Shown piece by piece: positions 35,408 through 48,635 of a stretch of 61,811 nucleotides of DNA. The position numbers were made by a program, and so were the translations under genes. Source of the stretch: Acanthaster planci (taxonomy: Eukaryota); contig NW_019091360.1 in the NCBI RefSeq assembly GCF_001949145.1, positions 1,272,529 to 1,334,339 on the forward strand, read 5' to 3'. Positions within the stretch are counted from its first letter, which is position 1; every line of letters begins with the position of its first letter. The notes under the pieces were generated by a model. That model did not search any database, was not told the DNA's origin, and was given only the letters and a program-made list of their open reading frames with translations.

Positions 35408-38400
35408 TCATTGTTTTAGTAACATGTTTTGGAAATCAGCCTTTAATTGGTGTGAGGTATACATCGGCTAACTGCACTAAATATATATTGAAACTTACCC
35501 GGTTAGTAAAGATTCTTCTCATATCTTTGGTATCTAAGCAAACTGGCAAATGACTTTTTAGCACATTTTAGGTTATTTTCTGTAACATCTTCCCAGCAGT
35601 ATGCTCATGCTGAGTGACGCAGACCGTTGCAAAAATTCGGTCTTTCGCAGGTTCTGATTTACTTTTTGCAGATTGTTTAGAGAAACACTGTGAATGTACA
35701 ATTAAAGGCCGTGTAGGAAGACTTATTTCAGGTACTCGACCAGCAATCAGCTATGCGCAAGAAACATTCTTGTCAACAGTTTGTGTCTAATCTTATGACA
35801 TGAGTGCTAGCAACATTAGGATGTTTTACGACACATCACATCGGAAATTAATTGGCTTCTAGGTTGAACGCAAATCTATATAAATCAGTTTAATTCAACT
35901 CGCCTGGGACACTCGAGAATCATTTGAAAAACAGACTGTCCACAGAGATCAATACAGTTTGCTGAAATTGAATCTGACACAAAATCCATGCAATTAGGGC
36001 AAAAAGTAATGTGCCTTATTTTTTTCAGAAGAGAACAGTGTGCCAAAGAATGCATTTAGACGCAAACTCCAGGCATCTTTCAAATTACCCATGGAATCAA
36101 ACGAACATCTCGTTTGGGATGTTGACGACGGATTTACTGCTGAATTGACCGCATGGATGATGCCGGTATCGATTAAATGCGTTCTCTTGCTTTTCACGTG
36201 TGTTGAAATTACCAGTGATACAATCACCTTTCTACTAGAAACTGCACCGTCGTTGCGGGTGACTTTCATGGGATAGCGGATAACGCATACACTTCCATAG
36301 ACACTATCAAATTCGTCAAGCCAAGAACTTTGTGGCTCCGAGTTATCCCAACATTCCCTTCTATTATTAAAGATTCTTGCTTTTCGATTTTCGAAAATGT
36401 ATCCCTTGGGTAAATTTAACGAAAGGGACTGTGAAATGAAGGCTAGGTACAGTTTTATGTCGCATCACCTCGGTAAAAGCATGACTTAAGCAGCCAATAT
36501 GATTGGAAAATAGAATGGTATCGTGTTTTTATCGGTTTTGAGTGCGTTATTTTTTTTAGTTTACGAAAAAAATGACTAATCCCTCCGAGGTCAGATTCCA
36601 AGATCAACCTACGTTTACCGTCTCTGTTGATTATTAGCCATGGTTGTGTAAGATTCGCTGTTTGTTAATACAAGCCTAGTCCAAGTAGCCACGCCAAAAT
36701 AGTTGAAGACGGGAACATTGGCAAATTTTGCTGTTATTGTAATAATGTTGTGACTTTTATAGTCCAAATGTTAGTGATAATGAAACGACAATGCTTTACA
36801 TTTTGCGTATGAAAGTGTCGACCATCGTTTAATCCGCTTGCCCAACATTGGCACAACCGTTTCAGCGAATGACATTTAAAGATAAAATCGAGTTGCAGAG
36901 CAATACTTTGCTAAATTAGTGTGCATACAATTGCTAGGAAAAACAACAATGTGAGTGCAGGTGGTCAATAGACGATATTTGCTGAGAGCTTCCCTAATGG
37001 TCGGACAGGACAGCTGAACATGTGGTCATTTATTATTAACGACATCAATAAAATAAAGAACAGCCCATTAGTGTCCGCACATCATGGCTCGTGATACTAC
37101 CGCTGTATATTCAAATGAAGTAGTCGTTGTACCGTGAATGTTTGGCTTTTGTCCTTCGTCAACGAAAATTAATAACTGACCAATCACAGCATTCGATGCA
37201 TTTTGCTATAGCGCAGCAGAAAATCTTCACACCTTTTCTTTCACTTCTGAATCTGACGTTTTCTAGCCTCTTTGGCACACCTAATGCCCTTTATTATGCA
37301 GGCTTCGTATTTCTAACGTTAGCGAGGTTTGATCCTTGCCAGTCGTTATAGGTGGAGATCCCATCGTTGATGAAAGAGACACCAAGTGCATACATCACCA
37401 TATTCATCCCAGAACAGGAAGGGTTTACCAGCTCGGTTACAGGTGCTCCAGGTGCAAACGACGTTGCGTACATTTTAGGTCAGAGATCAAGTTGCCAACC
37501 AAAGCGACATTTCCGCTCCCCCTTTAAAATAATGACAATATCAGGTATTGACTGTTGGATGGGTAAACCCACATGTTTTGTTGTGTTGACGCACAAGCAT
37601 TCGTTACAGTTATAAAGACTGTTTAAAGGGCTCCAAATTTCGACCACCTGTTGAGATAGTTGAATAAAAACTCTTTTAAGTTCCAGCAGAAACTTTCCTT
37701 TTATGAAAGAAATCTTAGAATCTTATTCTTAATAACATGGATACTTTTAGAGAATTTTATTACATGTATCGGCTGAAGAAAATGAAATACAATTGACCAC
37801 ATGTTTAATGGTTATTAGAATCGTGGTTTGATCCCACATTCACCTGTCAGTTTGAAAAAGTAAACCGGATTACATGCTGTTAGCAGTACAAAATGATAGT
37901 TGTTTCATAAACAAAGTCTGCCGTGTGGTATCTGCAGTTGCAGCTGGTTTTAGCGATTCACTAGGGTCGAAGCGCATGGCGAACGTGGCCCCTTTGAGAA
38001 CCCTCTCGATCCAAGAAAGCTGTAAATCTGTTTTGAATCACAAATGGACATCTGCACTAGTTTCCGCTTGCCAACACCGTGCGCCCGTGTCACACGAAAG
38101 TTGGGTTGTAAGCAGCACTGTGATTGGGTGAACGTTCTATCAAATGATATTACCGAATGGAAAACAAATGGGTTTTGTCGCCAAGAAAAATTCTTGTTAT
38201 CTTTGCATAGAACCAAAATCCAGAAGTTGCTTGTCCACTAATCCAAAACAACTTGGGTACAACATGCTTGCCAAAGATGAGCACTTTTTTACTAAATGCA
38301 AAACAAATTCACGACTGACTCGACGGAACAAAAATATTATGTGTTTTGGAGACACGATTTTAGTAGTGATGCATCCGACGTTTCGAAGCATAATTCTATC

Positions 38401-40968
38401 AAAACATGACATGGGAAAAACGCCAAGGGGATGCCCACGAATTTGTTGTTTTGTTTGTCTTTCGTTTCACTTAATTACATCTTTCCAAATTACAAATGCC
38501 TTTTTTTTTGGTCAAACCTTTTGTAGTGAGGGGTGTTTATAGGCCATGGAATTCGCAAAAAAAAACATTTAGAAACAATTGTGTCAGGACCTACGTCTAC
38601 GTCCTTAGAAGGTCCTTGCGCGGCAAGTTGTCTTTCGAAACAAAAAGAGACCAGATATTGAAAACAGGCGTAATGGTGTGAGCGTTTTGGTGTGAAGGTA
38701 ACTAGCAAAGTGAATCTTCCAAATGTAATTTACTCCCACGAAAGGAGCATTTACCCAACAGAAGTATGACGTGTTTGCAGTTTGCACAACATGTGAATTA
38801 ACAATAACTCTTTCTCTTGGTTTATTTCCACCTCTTTCAAATTGAATAAAGGATTTCAGAATTGAATTAAAGTAAAGTGTATCAATATAAAAGAAAAACA
38901 CGATAACTGAGTTATCAGTTTGACAACGAAAGGGCGAGCAAACAAGAAGATCCGTTTTGATGGTGCACCACTGGGTCGAAGAGTTCTTTTATTTAATATT
39001 TGTTTCCCTGCATGACGAAAGCCTAGTCGTATCATCCTCGTTTTCTAAGAAAGTAAACCGCTTCTACCTGCATCGTTCAGAAGATCCCATGTGGACAGTT
39101 TTCAGTGTTGGGTTTGGCGCTCAAGGTAGACATTTCTCCATCAGCTGAACGCGTATGAAGTCCATCAACTTGAACAGGCCAAACCTGTTACTTCAACGTA
39201 TGGTGTACACATCACCAAGTGAGACCTGAAAATCAAGATCATGTCCGGACGTTTTCGACTCCCGTGTTCCAGCCGTAAACATCGGAAATATTCACTCCAG
39301 CAAGTGGTGTTTTGATGGGCAAGTGGTGGTGGGGGGGGGGTGAAGGCAGGGGGTTATTAAGTCTCTCCCCGGAGGAGGGAAGTTATCCCTCTTTTTAAGA
39401 AATTGAAAACGCTAGTACTACTACAGTTGCTCTTACCCATCAAGATTACAGAATGTATCTCGTTGGTGTTCTTCGTACATTATTTATTTTTTAAAAATCT
39501 CTCTTCACATTATGGGTACTAGCGGGACAATATAATCCTTCATCCCCACAGAATTTATTTCTCTTACTTAGATTCGTTTATCATTGAAGAAAGTGGGGAA
39601 CAAAATAAACAGAGCCATATCTGATTCAGGAAATACCCGGGTCACTTTTTAATGCGACAAATAGACTAATGAAGAAATATCTTACAACGTAACAGCATTC
39701 ACTGTTCTTCATTCTTTAAATAATTTAAGAAAGCAGTTTTTGTAATAACTCGGCGGACTTAAAAAAAGAGCCATAAGAAGTCTTATAATATTGATACCGG
39801 TTCACGAGCAGTTCGGCCTACAGCTGAAGGCCAGTGCACGATTCTACCATCTTGGACTGGAGTTTCATTTCCTTTGTATAATTATTTTCGGCGACTGAAC
39901 AAACAACGGGCGAAGAAAAAAATCTTGCCAATAAGGAGAGCGAATGTAACAAGTGTTGCAATGGCGTCGGGTGCGCTTCCCACACGTCATCTGACGGTAC
40001 CAGGAATCGATTGATCGTCATTCGGCCGCGTTACGGGCGTGAGCGTCCCTGTCCCGGGCCTACTTTGTGCAAATGCTATGCGGTCATTGCAAGACAAGGA
40101 CTCCAGCACGTGGAAATATCAAGACCAATGATAGAATTAGGGCTGTGTGGTACTCTAATCCAATCAAAACAGTTAACACGATTTAGTCCGTAATAAAGGG
40201 TTAAAGAGAAATCGCCTTATACGGGTTGGGGCACGGTAAAATTAGACCGTACGTTCGGATATACTACGGGGTTCTGGAAGTGCCATCCGAATAAATAACA
40301 ACCCGGCATATTTAAATTCAAGATGACGATCTACTTTATTACATGCAAGATATCCGTATCCTGTGATAAATTGTCACAGGAATACGCACGTCTTAAGATG
40401 TCGACATTCAGACAAATGTGACTTCAGGATGACGACACCCTACTATCGTTAGGAGTAGGTTGTCGACATCCTTATATTGCATACTTTACCGGTATTGGGT
40501 ATCGTCATTACGTAATAAAAATACTATCGACATCTTGCCAGTATAATCTGTCGTCATTCTCAGATGAATATGGATCCCTCAAGCCAGACGGCACTTTCAG
40601 AGCTCCGTAGGATTTTATTGCGTTTGCATGGGCGTGGTCAGATGTTGTCACAGTCACCAGAAGACAAAAGTGCATTGTACGAGAAATGCGACGATGCTCT
40701 CTAAGTTTCAAGGATGAACCGGTGATGCACTTATTTATATACGAAGTAAAATACTGTCCCACTCAACTGCACCATTCAATCAGCCGTTCATCTTGGTAGA
40801 TTTTTGTCTTTTCAGTCAAGGCTCTCCAAATCGAATTTCTTATATTGTCGGAAAGTTCATGCCCAAAGTTATTGTGTACAACTTTACTTTGAAGCTCTGT
40901 TCTAAACTTCCGAGCGCAGACACTGGCGCTTTTTCTGAAGTCAGGGTTCAGGAAAACGGTCCCTTGCT

Positions 40969-41123
40969 CAGTGGCGTAACTATAGGGGGTGCACAAACCT
41001 TGAGGGGTACCGAAAGATGACAAAAAACACTGCAGCGTCTACATAAATTGTGTATATTTCAAATTTCATGGGGTAGAGGGGAACAGACCTCTGGGGGTGT
41101 CCCCTCCCGTTGTTACACCACTG
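40969..41123. mobile_element. hAT-type MITE
   Basis: TIR cagtggcgtaac / gttacaccactg; 8-bp flanks cccttgct and cccatgat match at 6 of 8 positions. Confidence 0.7.
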
Positions 41124-43744
41124 CCCATGATCCCCCATTCCTATTGTTTTGTAGACCAATTCCTTCTCAGGTAAGAGGCAAGAGGGTGCTACACGATTCC
41201 AATCTGTCCCCACTTTACCAACATTTTTGAATATCCTTCAGAGAATTGATGGGTAGCAATCATCATGATTGGACGCAACGGTCCAAGCGTTTATATGTCT
41301 GTGGTGTAAGCCAACGGTATTCCAACGGCGCATGCCCAAAATGAAATGCGTTCGAGGTCATTCGGACGCGAGTGCAAAGTCTTCTCAAGCAGCGCGGCCC
41401 CGCCCTAGGCAGACTCGCGTGCTTGCTTTGTTTTCAAATGACCTTGCTTTTATAAAATACCGAACTTGCTGTTTGCCAAGCTTTTCTTCCGCTTCCCTGC
41501 TCAAGAAATCAGCTGCCAACTTCCGATACCGTAGAGGGCTACAACACCCCTGCCCACGCCTCCAAATCATACTTCATCGTGGCAATTTCCTGGATGTCAA
41601 AACCAAGAAATATTGCGCGGCTTGCGACTAGGGAAGTGCTGTAAATTAGCTTTAATTCACACCAAAGCTGCTTTCTGCGATAAATCATGCGGACAGAGTC
41701 CGCCACGTTCTTACCCCGAGCTGCCATTAAAGGCTAACCAATTCCGCGCAGAGCGGACGTAATGCTCTCCCAAAATATCGGATTTCACCAGTTAATGTTG
41801 AAACCCTACACTTTCGCCGCCTCTTAACTTTTGGAGTTGGCTGTAGTCAAGCGACTTGAGTAAGCCTGAAAAGATGTTCAACAGCGGGGGCATTCAAATA
41901 TACTTCCAACATAAACTTTTAAGAATTTTAAGAGCGAGTAAGAAAAACAGCATGAAATAGGTATCGATTAAAAAAATTAATCGTTTTGATTGTTTTCGAC
42001 GACTTAAACAGCAAGTCTTGTTTGGGGAAACCTGGTGCTTATAACCGACGTACTTTGGCACGCAGTGTTTCTCAAGAATTTGGCTCTCATCGCAAAAGGA
42101 ATTGCAAACAAGGGAGATATGAAATGAATTATCTCAAAAATCGGGGGACAAAGGGGACGGCTACTTCCTTCGAACATCTATGCAAAGCAGTGCCAGTTGC
42201 GAGCCGCAAAGTGTTAACCTATTTGAAGTATGGCGGACACAATAGGAGGACGCGATTTGGTTGAGGTAAAATCTTTTGTGTTTATCTTAGCGATCATAAG
42301 TGATCTCTATGGTGTTTACTCCAAATTAACCCACTTCTAATAGCGCTCTTCGTATTGTGTCCACCGTGCTTCTAAAGGCTTAGTAATCCACTGCCAAAGA
42401 AAGTTTGCCCCAACAACTCAGATTTTTTTGGGGGGGGCATATGAAGTTTCCTAAATTACAAGGGCAACTTATAGCAATCCACTATCGTATGATTATGGTT
42501 TTTGAAAGCCCATTGAATAATGAAAGGTGTTAAATAACACTTCAAAATTAAAGCGATCTTTTACTAAGCATCGTCTGACAGTACAACCATGGAGTACAAC
42601 GCACCTCTACTTTTTAAAAAAAAGTACCTCTCCTCTACGTCAACGATGTTGGACGGTCAATATTCATAGGCCGAAGGCATTATTCACTTCCATTCATTGG
42701 TCCTTGTAGAGAGCTCTTACGGTAAAACGCTGTTGTCAGATAACTTCCGACTACGGTATCTATAGACCTTGTAATTTGACGCTCCTTCATTTAATACGTC
42801 ATCTTCATTGATGATCGTTAACTGGGTGGTCTTGGTAGGTGTAAACGCGCGAATGCATTACCGCGGACCACGCGGGCTGTTTCCAGGAAATGCTGGCGTG
42901 TTTAAAATGCCAGGCGGCGGAGTGGGTTGAAAAACTAAGCCCAGTACCACCAAAGCTTGTAGGATTTTTTTTCCTGAGTACAGACCCAGGCTGATTCGAA
43001 GAGTATAGGCCCTACTCAGCCGGTAAAGCTAACGTGGTGCACAAGTCCATAAGCAAGATATTTTGCTGCAATAACATGATTATCAAGTGTAACTCTTGCA
43101 TTTAAAATAAAATGGCTTTTGTGTTTGTTTTATACGGATCTGGATCCCAACGCTGGTTTGCTCAATCCATAAGGAGGTTTCCGGTACCGGTGAACCAAAG
43201 ATGGATCACATCGGTGACCAAGTTCGATCAAGGGCCACTAGTTAACTAACGGTTGGTTCGTGACGTACCCTATGCATGTGCAGTGAAAGGGAAGACTGAA
43301 CGACCCTAGTCAACCGTTGTTAGGTCATTTGGCCGAATGGGAGAAAATGTAGCCCGCAGGAAGGGCAAAATAGCAAATTAAACTTAAAGTGAAAATGATC
43401 ATTTACTGATGACCATGACATACTGTTTTTTCCGCATTTTTCTTTTAACTGGTTCGCTCTACACTCTCCTATTAAATATGGATTATGGCAACCGACGACG
43501 CCACCAACCCCAGTAGGCTAGTCTCAAATAGTTGATTAGACTAGTCCAACCACCGTCGACTAGCGTGCGTTCGATCAGAGTTAGTCCAACTATGATTATC
43601 TATAGTCCTTGGTCGAACTTTTCCCATGTGAAACTAACAGGCCCATCGAGTACCAAAGTGTTACGTCACTGTGAACCAGAAAGTCTCATGCAAATGAATG
43701 GAGCGTGCGTTGGTTCACTCGCTGGTTCTCGCACTTCGGTACGC

Positions 43745-44062
43745 TATCCAGTTTGTAAGTGACTTCGTCACAAAGGCGGACTCGCCTCGATTTGCAGGCT
43801 CCCATTGGACGATCGCTGAGGTTGCGCGCTAACTTCCGGTTCCATGGTTCGATGTAAAGGGCGACCAATGCACGTAACTCTATGTGCAGTTCGTAAGTGT
43901 GACGTCACTTCAGTTTAAACCACGCCCACTTCACATGCACAGCATATAGATTTACGTGCCTTGATTGCCGTTGACGTGGAACCCTGGAACCGGAAGTTAA
44001 CGCAAAACTTCAGCGATCTTCCAATGCGTTCGCGTATGACGAAGTCACTTACGAACCGGATA
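43745..44062. repeat. ~318-bp imperfect palindrome (foldback element)
   Basis: Three nested arm pairs, e.g. tatccagtttgtaagtgacttcgtca with tgacgaagtcacttacgaaccggata, and taacttccggttcca with tggaaccggaagtta. Confidence 0.85.
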
Positions 44063-44119
44063 CACACTGGAGATTGAGCCTTTGCCCAGCGACTACTGGT
44101 TCCGTTGGACAAATAGGCT

Positions 44120-44379
44120 GATTTGTTGTTCGTGGGTCGGCCTCTCCAACGCTGGGAATGTACAACCGGTTATCGCTGGTAAGTAACATGATGGCGTCCA
44201 TGTGCGTTCTTCGAGGATTAATGTTTGGATAACCGGACTGAATTCTTTTCTATTTAAAAAGGAACATTCATTTCTGTGTCATGTTCATTTTGCGAAAGTT
44301 CCCATTGGCTTTGTAGGGCCTAAGCCATCTTGCTATATTTTGCGGCTGTTCAAAAATCAAAATCTCACGAGTTTTTCCG
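44120..44379 (+). repeat. Dispersed repeat, copy 2 (of 20945-21211)
   Basis: Colinear similarity with 20945-21211. Confidence 0.8.
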
Positions 44380-47300
44380 TGTGTTCCTGTAAAACCCTGA
44401 CGAGGAGGTGGTGTGTGATCCTGTTCCGAAACTCAGTGTTCTTGGGTCGTGTTCCTGCCGTTCGAGTGCGAACAGACCTGTGTCAAGAACAGGCCTCTGG
44501 AACTCGAACATAAATTCAATCTCCATGACCCCAAAAGTCTCCTCTTTGCCCATTAGATTTACACAATGAAAATCACAATATGCAAGATTATAAAACAGTT
44601 CTAAAAGTTCTAGTCTGACAAACCTCGTCCCATTAAATTACCCACATCTCAGGGGTATAACAAATATCGTTATAAATCACCATAGGCGGAGAATGCAAAG
44701 ATTTGCTTTGCCTGCTACCATCCAGTGTTTATTCAGCAAACATTAAGGCCGTGAACATCATTGTTTGACTTTTCCTCTGCCACGGCGAGGACGATTTTTA
44801 TTTCACAGTAAAATTTTGTGGGAAATCACTGAGGTCCCCAAGCTTTATAAACACAAATCAAAAGTACATAATATTTCTTCAGGTGCCTTCCAGGCATTTT
44901 TTGTTTATACTGTTTGGATTTTCTCTGTAGACTGGATCCCATTCGTGTTTTTACAGTCAAACCCGACAAATAAGCACATTTGGACAAATCACAGTCCAGG
45001 GGCCTTTCTTAATACTGGGTCTGTCGGTGGTGGCAACTTCGTTTTTTGACCCCAATCAAAACATTCTTTAGGCCATTGGTTGTTCAAGCCAATTGGAAAA
45101 TATCCCTACAGTTTTACTATGTATAGGACAATCCTGCATTTCCGCAGCCAACCTCAGCAAATAAGCAAATAATGTCCGAAGTCAAGCGAGGTCAGAGTTG
45201 TAATGCTCTCCACAGATTTTATGCCATCTTTTTTCCTTTCTATTCTACATCTCCCCGGCGCAAATCCATCTTTCAAATGTATATATGCCATCTTGTTGAT
45301 AAGTTTCAGATATCTGTGTTTTTTTTCTTTTGACGTCTATTCACTAGCTCTCAGATTCTTCACCTTTAGCCATGTGCAGTCGACTACGAGTTGAAAACTG
45401 CCTGTTTTCACCAGTTTCAAACAAAGTGTTGCACGCTGTAAACTGCGAGCACCATTGTACGTTTACCTAGAGGAGTCAGTTGAAAGAATTGGGAGAAAGA
45501 AATGAGAAAAAAAATCTCATTTCTTAATTATTTAAGCCACATTTTGGGAAATAAACTGTCGTAGTGGTAAGACTTAGGCTACATGATTTTTTTTAACCTT
45601 GTTATCCGTATAATGTTCTATTTTGTGAGGTTGACGAAGTTTTTTTGTCAGGCTCAAGGACTTCTTTTGACAACTAAGTTAATTTCATGCCGCCCTCTAC
45701 CCCCAACACAAGCAATTAGTGTATTCTTTTCACGGTATGCAGACCATCGGGCTTCTTAGGTGATGAATTTTGCTGATTTCGTCATGATATTCAAATTTAG
45801 GATTTGACGAGTGAAATCTCTGACTTTCCTTTCCAAGAATGCACCGCTCTCAATGCCAAGACACCTGTCTGGGTAATAAAACTAGACTCATCGATTACTC
45901 TCTGCTCAACGCTCCGCGCTTGATGATCTGTTTAGCTGCAATCTTTGACTCCGTCCAAGCTTGTCACGGGGCAGGTGTCCGTTGACTGCCAAAATGTCGA
46001 TAGTCGGAAACTGAAGAGAGACAACTCGAGAAGACATAAAAATGATGTCATCTACCTCAGAGTTCGAGGCACATTGAGCCTGAATTACTAAGATGACATT
46101 AAACTATAAGAAATTGAGAATCAAGAGACCATGAGGCTGGATTTAACTGCGCCAGCAAAGATGAGTCAATCAAATAATTTGCCAGGCTGTGCCTACTACT
46201 CCCACAAAACTGAGCTTACATAGGTCAATTACCCGGGATAGGCGGGAACTCGATCAAGCAGAGCCGAATCTAATCGAGATATTTTGAGCGGCACCATTCA
46301 GAACGGAAAGCAATCACAATAATTTGTCCAAAGAAAACAGAAAAAGGCAAACCGCATCGCCATGAACGAGGACTGATTTCTTGTTTGCTTAAAAAAAAAA
46401 TAATAATTTGAAAGCTAATCACATATAAATTAAAATGCTCAGTGAGTGGAGTTAAAAGTTGAGAGTCTGACGTTTCACCCCAAGGATAATCTTTGCTTGA
46501 GGCAAATAGATATTTTAGAATAGAGGATTTTTAAACAGTGTACTGGCTTCTTACTGCCCACATTGTCGGACTAATGATTCCCGCTTCAAAAGTCGAACTC
46601 CTGCCGTGTTAAATTAAAAGTTTGGGCCATTATTTGAATAAGAGGCGACAGACGTTCGACTTTTTAAGCAAGTCTGAGCCTAATCTTGTCCTGGTTGACG
46701 CTTTTTGTGTCCGTGAATGTTGTTGGCTTCCCATAAAAGCAGGTCTGCACTGTAGTCCGCAAAGGCGAGGTGCGAACTACTCGCGACGTTGCAAAAGCGC
46801 AAACTTTTAACAACGCATTTCATCTTCGAATTCCACCTATAGATGCTTCGTGACATCATTCATGTCAAGTACTAACATTTACTTTTGTGCTGAATATGAA
46901 CGCGGTCTTTTCTTGAGAAGTCATGATTCTAAACGGCAATTATGAACGGTGTAACTATAGGCCTGAAATGAAAGATATCGTTACAGCTAACGTTAGTCAA
47001 GACGTCAGGCCAAAATCACACGATTCGATTTAATGTCGCCGCATTGCTGGCCTGTCTGCAGTGGTTAATTACGGAGAAGTGCATTCACGTGCATAATGTG
47101 TGTGGCCCGAATTAAATTAAGTTCCTTTCTCGCCCCACATTTTTTGAACGATGCAAATTGATTTTTCAAAATTGGTAGAAAAATTAGTGCAAGTTGTGGA
47201 ATGCTGAATTTAATTGCATAATTGCCCAGGCCGAGTACGCATTCTTGTTAGTTTTTCATTTTTGTTCAATTGCACAAAACTTAACACCGCTTGCTGTGTG

Positions 47301-47744
47301 CCATATACATATAATTGCAGAAACGACGTCGCCCCAATTATTTTAAAAAGGCAGGCATCAAAGCTGGGTACTAATAAGTAGCACGAACGCAGGCTCTCGT
47401 CAAAATATGACAGGGCACGAAGGAAATGGACAAACAGGGATGTTTCAGGACTTTTAAAAGCCCCTCGATGTGCTTTAGCGCCCCCTATTTAAAAAGAGAC
47501 TGAAAAGCGCGAACCCTATGGATACGGAACGACCACCTTTCTTTCATGGGAGTGAGGATTTTATGGAAAGAAATTCTTATAGTAAACCCATGTTACCCTA
47601 CAGGGCAAAATAGGTATACTATAAGAATACGATAGGAATACAATGCAAGCTGTGTGCTACTCGTCACTTCGAATCTCTGTAGTTAGGCTAGTGCGTCCAC
47701 TTTCTCTTTTTCATTCGCTCTTTTTTTTTAGCCCGCATCACATC

Positions 47745-48070
47745 ATGACCTGTCACAAGCTCCTCGCCACGGCCGGCCTGCTACTCATCTTCGCCGTCTG
47801 GACGTCCCAGGCCATCAACTACTACAAGCAGAACAAGGACACTGGCAGCTACAGCCCTCCCTCGAGTTCGCGGTCCCGCCTCCCGGCCAAGAGCCAGACC
47901 GGGCCCAGCAACGCGCTGTGGATACGGACCCGCGACGCGCCCCTCGACACTCTACGATACCGCGTGCCCATGGACCGACGCATGGTGCCAGCATCGATGT
48001 TGTTCGTGGATGGCAACCCGGACAACATGGACAAGAGGTTGTTTGAGGGTCTGTTCCCGTCGAATGACAG
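47745..48070 (+). CDS. Precursor gene main coding exon
   Basis: 326 nt from the ATG, phase-2 donor; signal peptide and ...MDRR-MVPASMLFVDGNPDNMD-KR-LFEGLFPSND. Confidence 0.8.
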
Positions 48071-48635
48071 GTGAAGGTTCCACCACAGATCCAAGATTTG
48101 GGCGTTAATTTCAAGTTATTTGGAACTAGCACATTGACCTGTCGATTTGAGGTATAATGTGGTTCCCAAAGCCAAAGATTCGAACTATTTTGAAGAAAGA
48201 ATTGTATTTTGTCAACGTCACAGTTTTGCAGTGCAGGATTGCCAAACTGTTGGTTAACAAAATCATGGCTGCATGACCACGAGTAGGAAGCCAAATGAAT
48301 TATTCACAAAATGTAAGAAAAAAAGTTATAAAAACATAACAATCTTTAAATTTTGAATACGTCAACTTGATAAAGTACCAACAGAAAACGCCTCCGATGT
48401 TAACACTGAGGAAGCAAAAAGTGCATTATTGAGGCAGATGTTGTTGGGAATCAAGTGTCAACATTCCGCCAAGTTTGGCCGCTAACAACAAGATGGACGT
48501 CAAGAAAAGAACAATCTATCTTAATTTACATGTGCCAATGGAAAGTAGATGAGCTGACATGGTTTCTTTTGTTCCACCAGGTTGAACAGATATAGAAGGA
48601 TCGCTGCTTTGTTGGAGAGCGAAGACGATTTCTAG
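47745..48635 (+). CDS. Orphan secreted peptide/prohormone-like precursor, about 126 aa (exons 47745-48070 and 48581-48635)
   Basis: Strong acceptor at 47731, ATG at 47745, signal peptide MTCHKLLATAGLLLIFAVWTSQA, GC3-rich codons against an AT-rich background, dibasic RR/KR sites. Donor cag/gtgaag at 48070/48071. Next acceptor ccaccag at 48580 with a ctgac branch site gives in-frame LNRYRRIAALLESEDDF*. Confidence 0.7.
48581..48635 (+). CDS. Precursor gene probable last coding exon (LNRYRRIAALLESEDDF*)
   Basis: Phase-compatible acceptor; possible donor aag/gtttgt at 48647/48648 leading to a strong acceptor at 49999 (candidate 3' UTR exon). Confidence 0.55.

Noticed and set aside
47643..47744. 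Upstream ATG extending the precursor ORF to 143 aa
   Set aside because: The extension runs through a polypyrimidine tract and acceptor at 47731 and would bury the signal peptide; ATG 47745 is preferred.
47815..48294. 159-aa Cys/Gly/Arg-rich minus-strand ORF
   Set aside because: Antisense shadow of the GC3-rich + strand exon.
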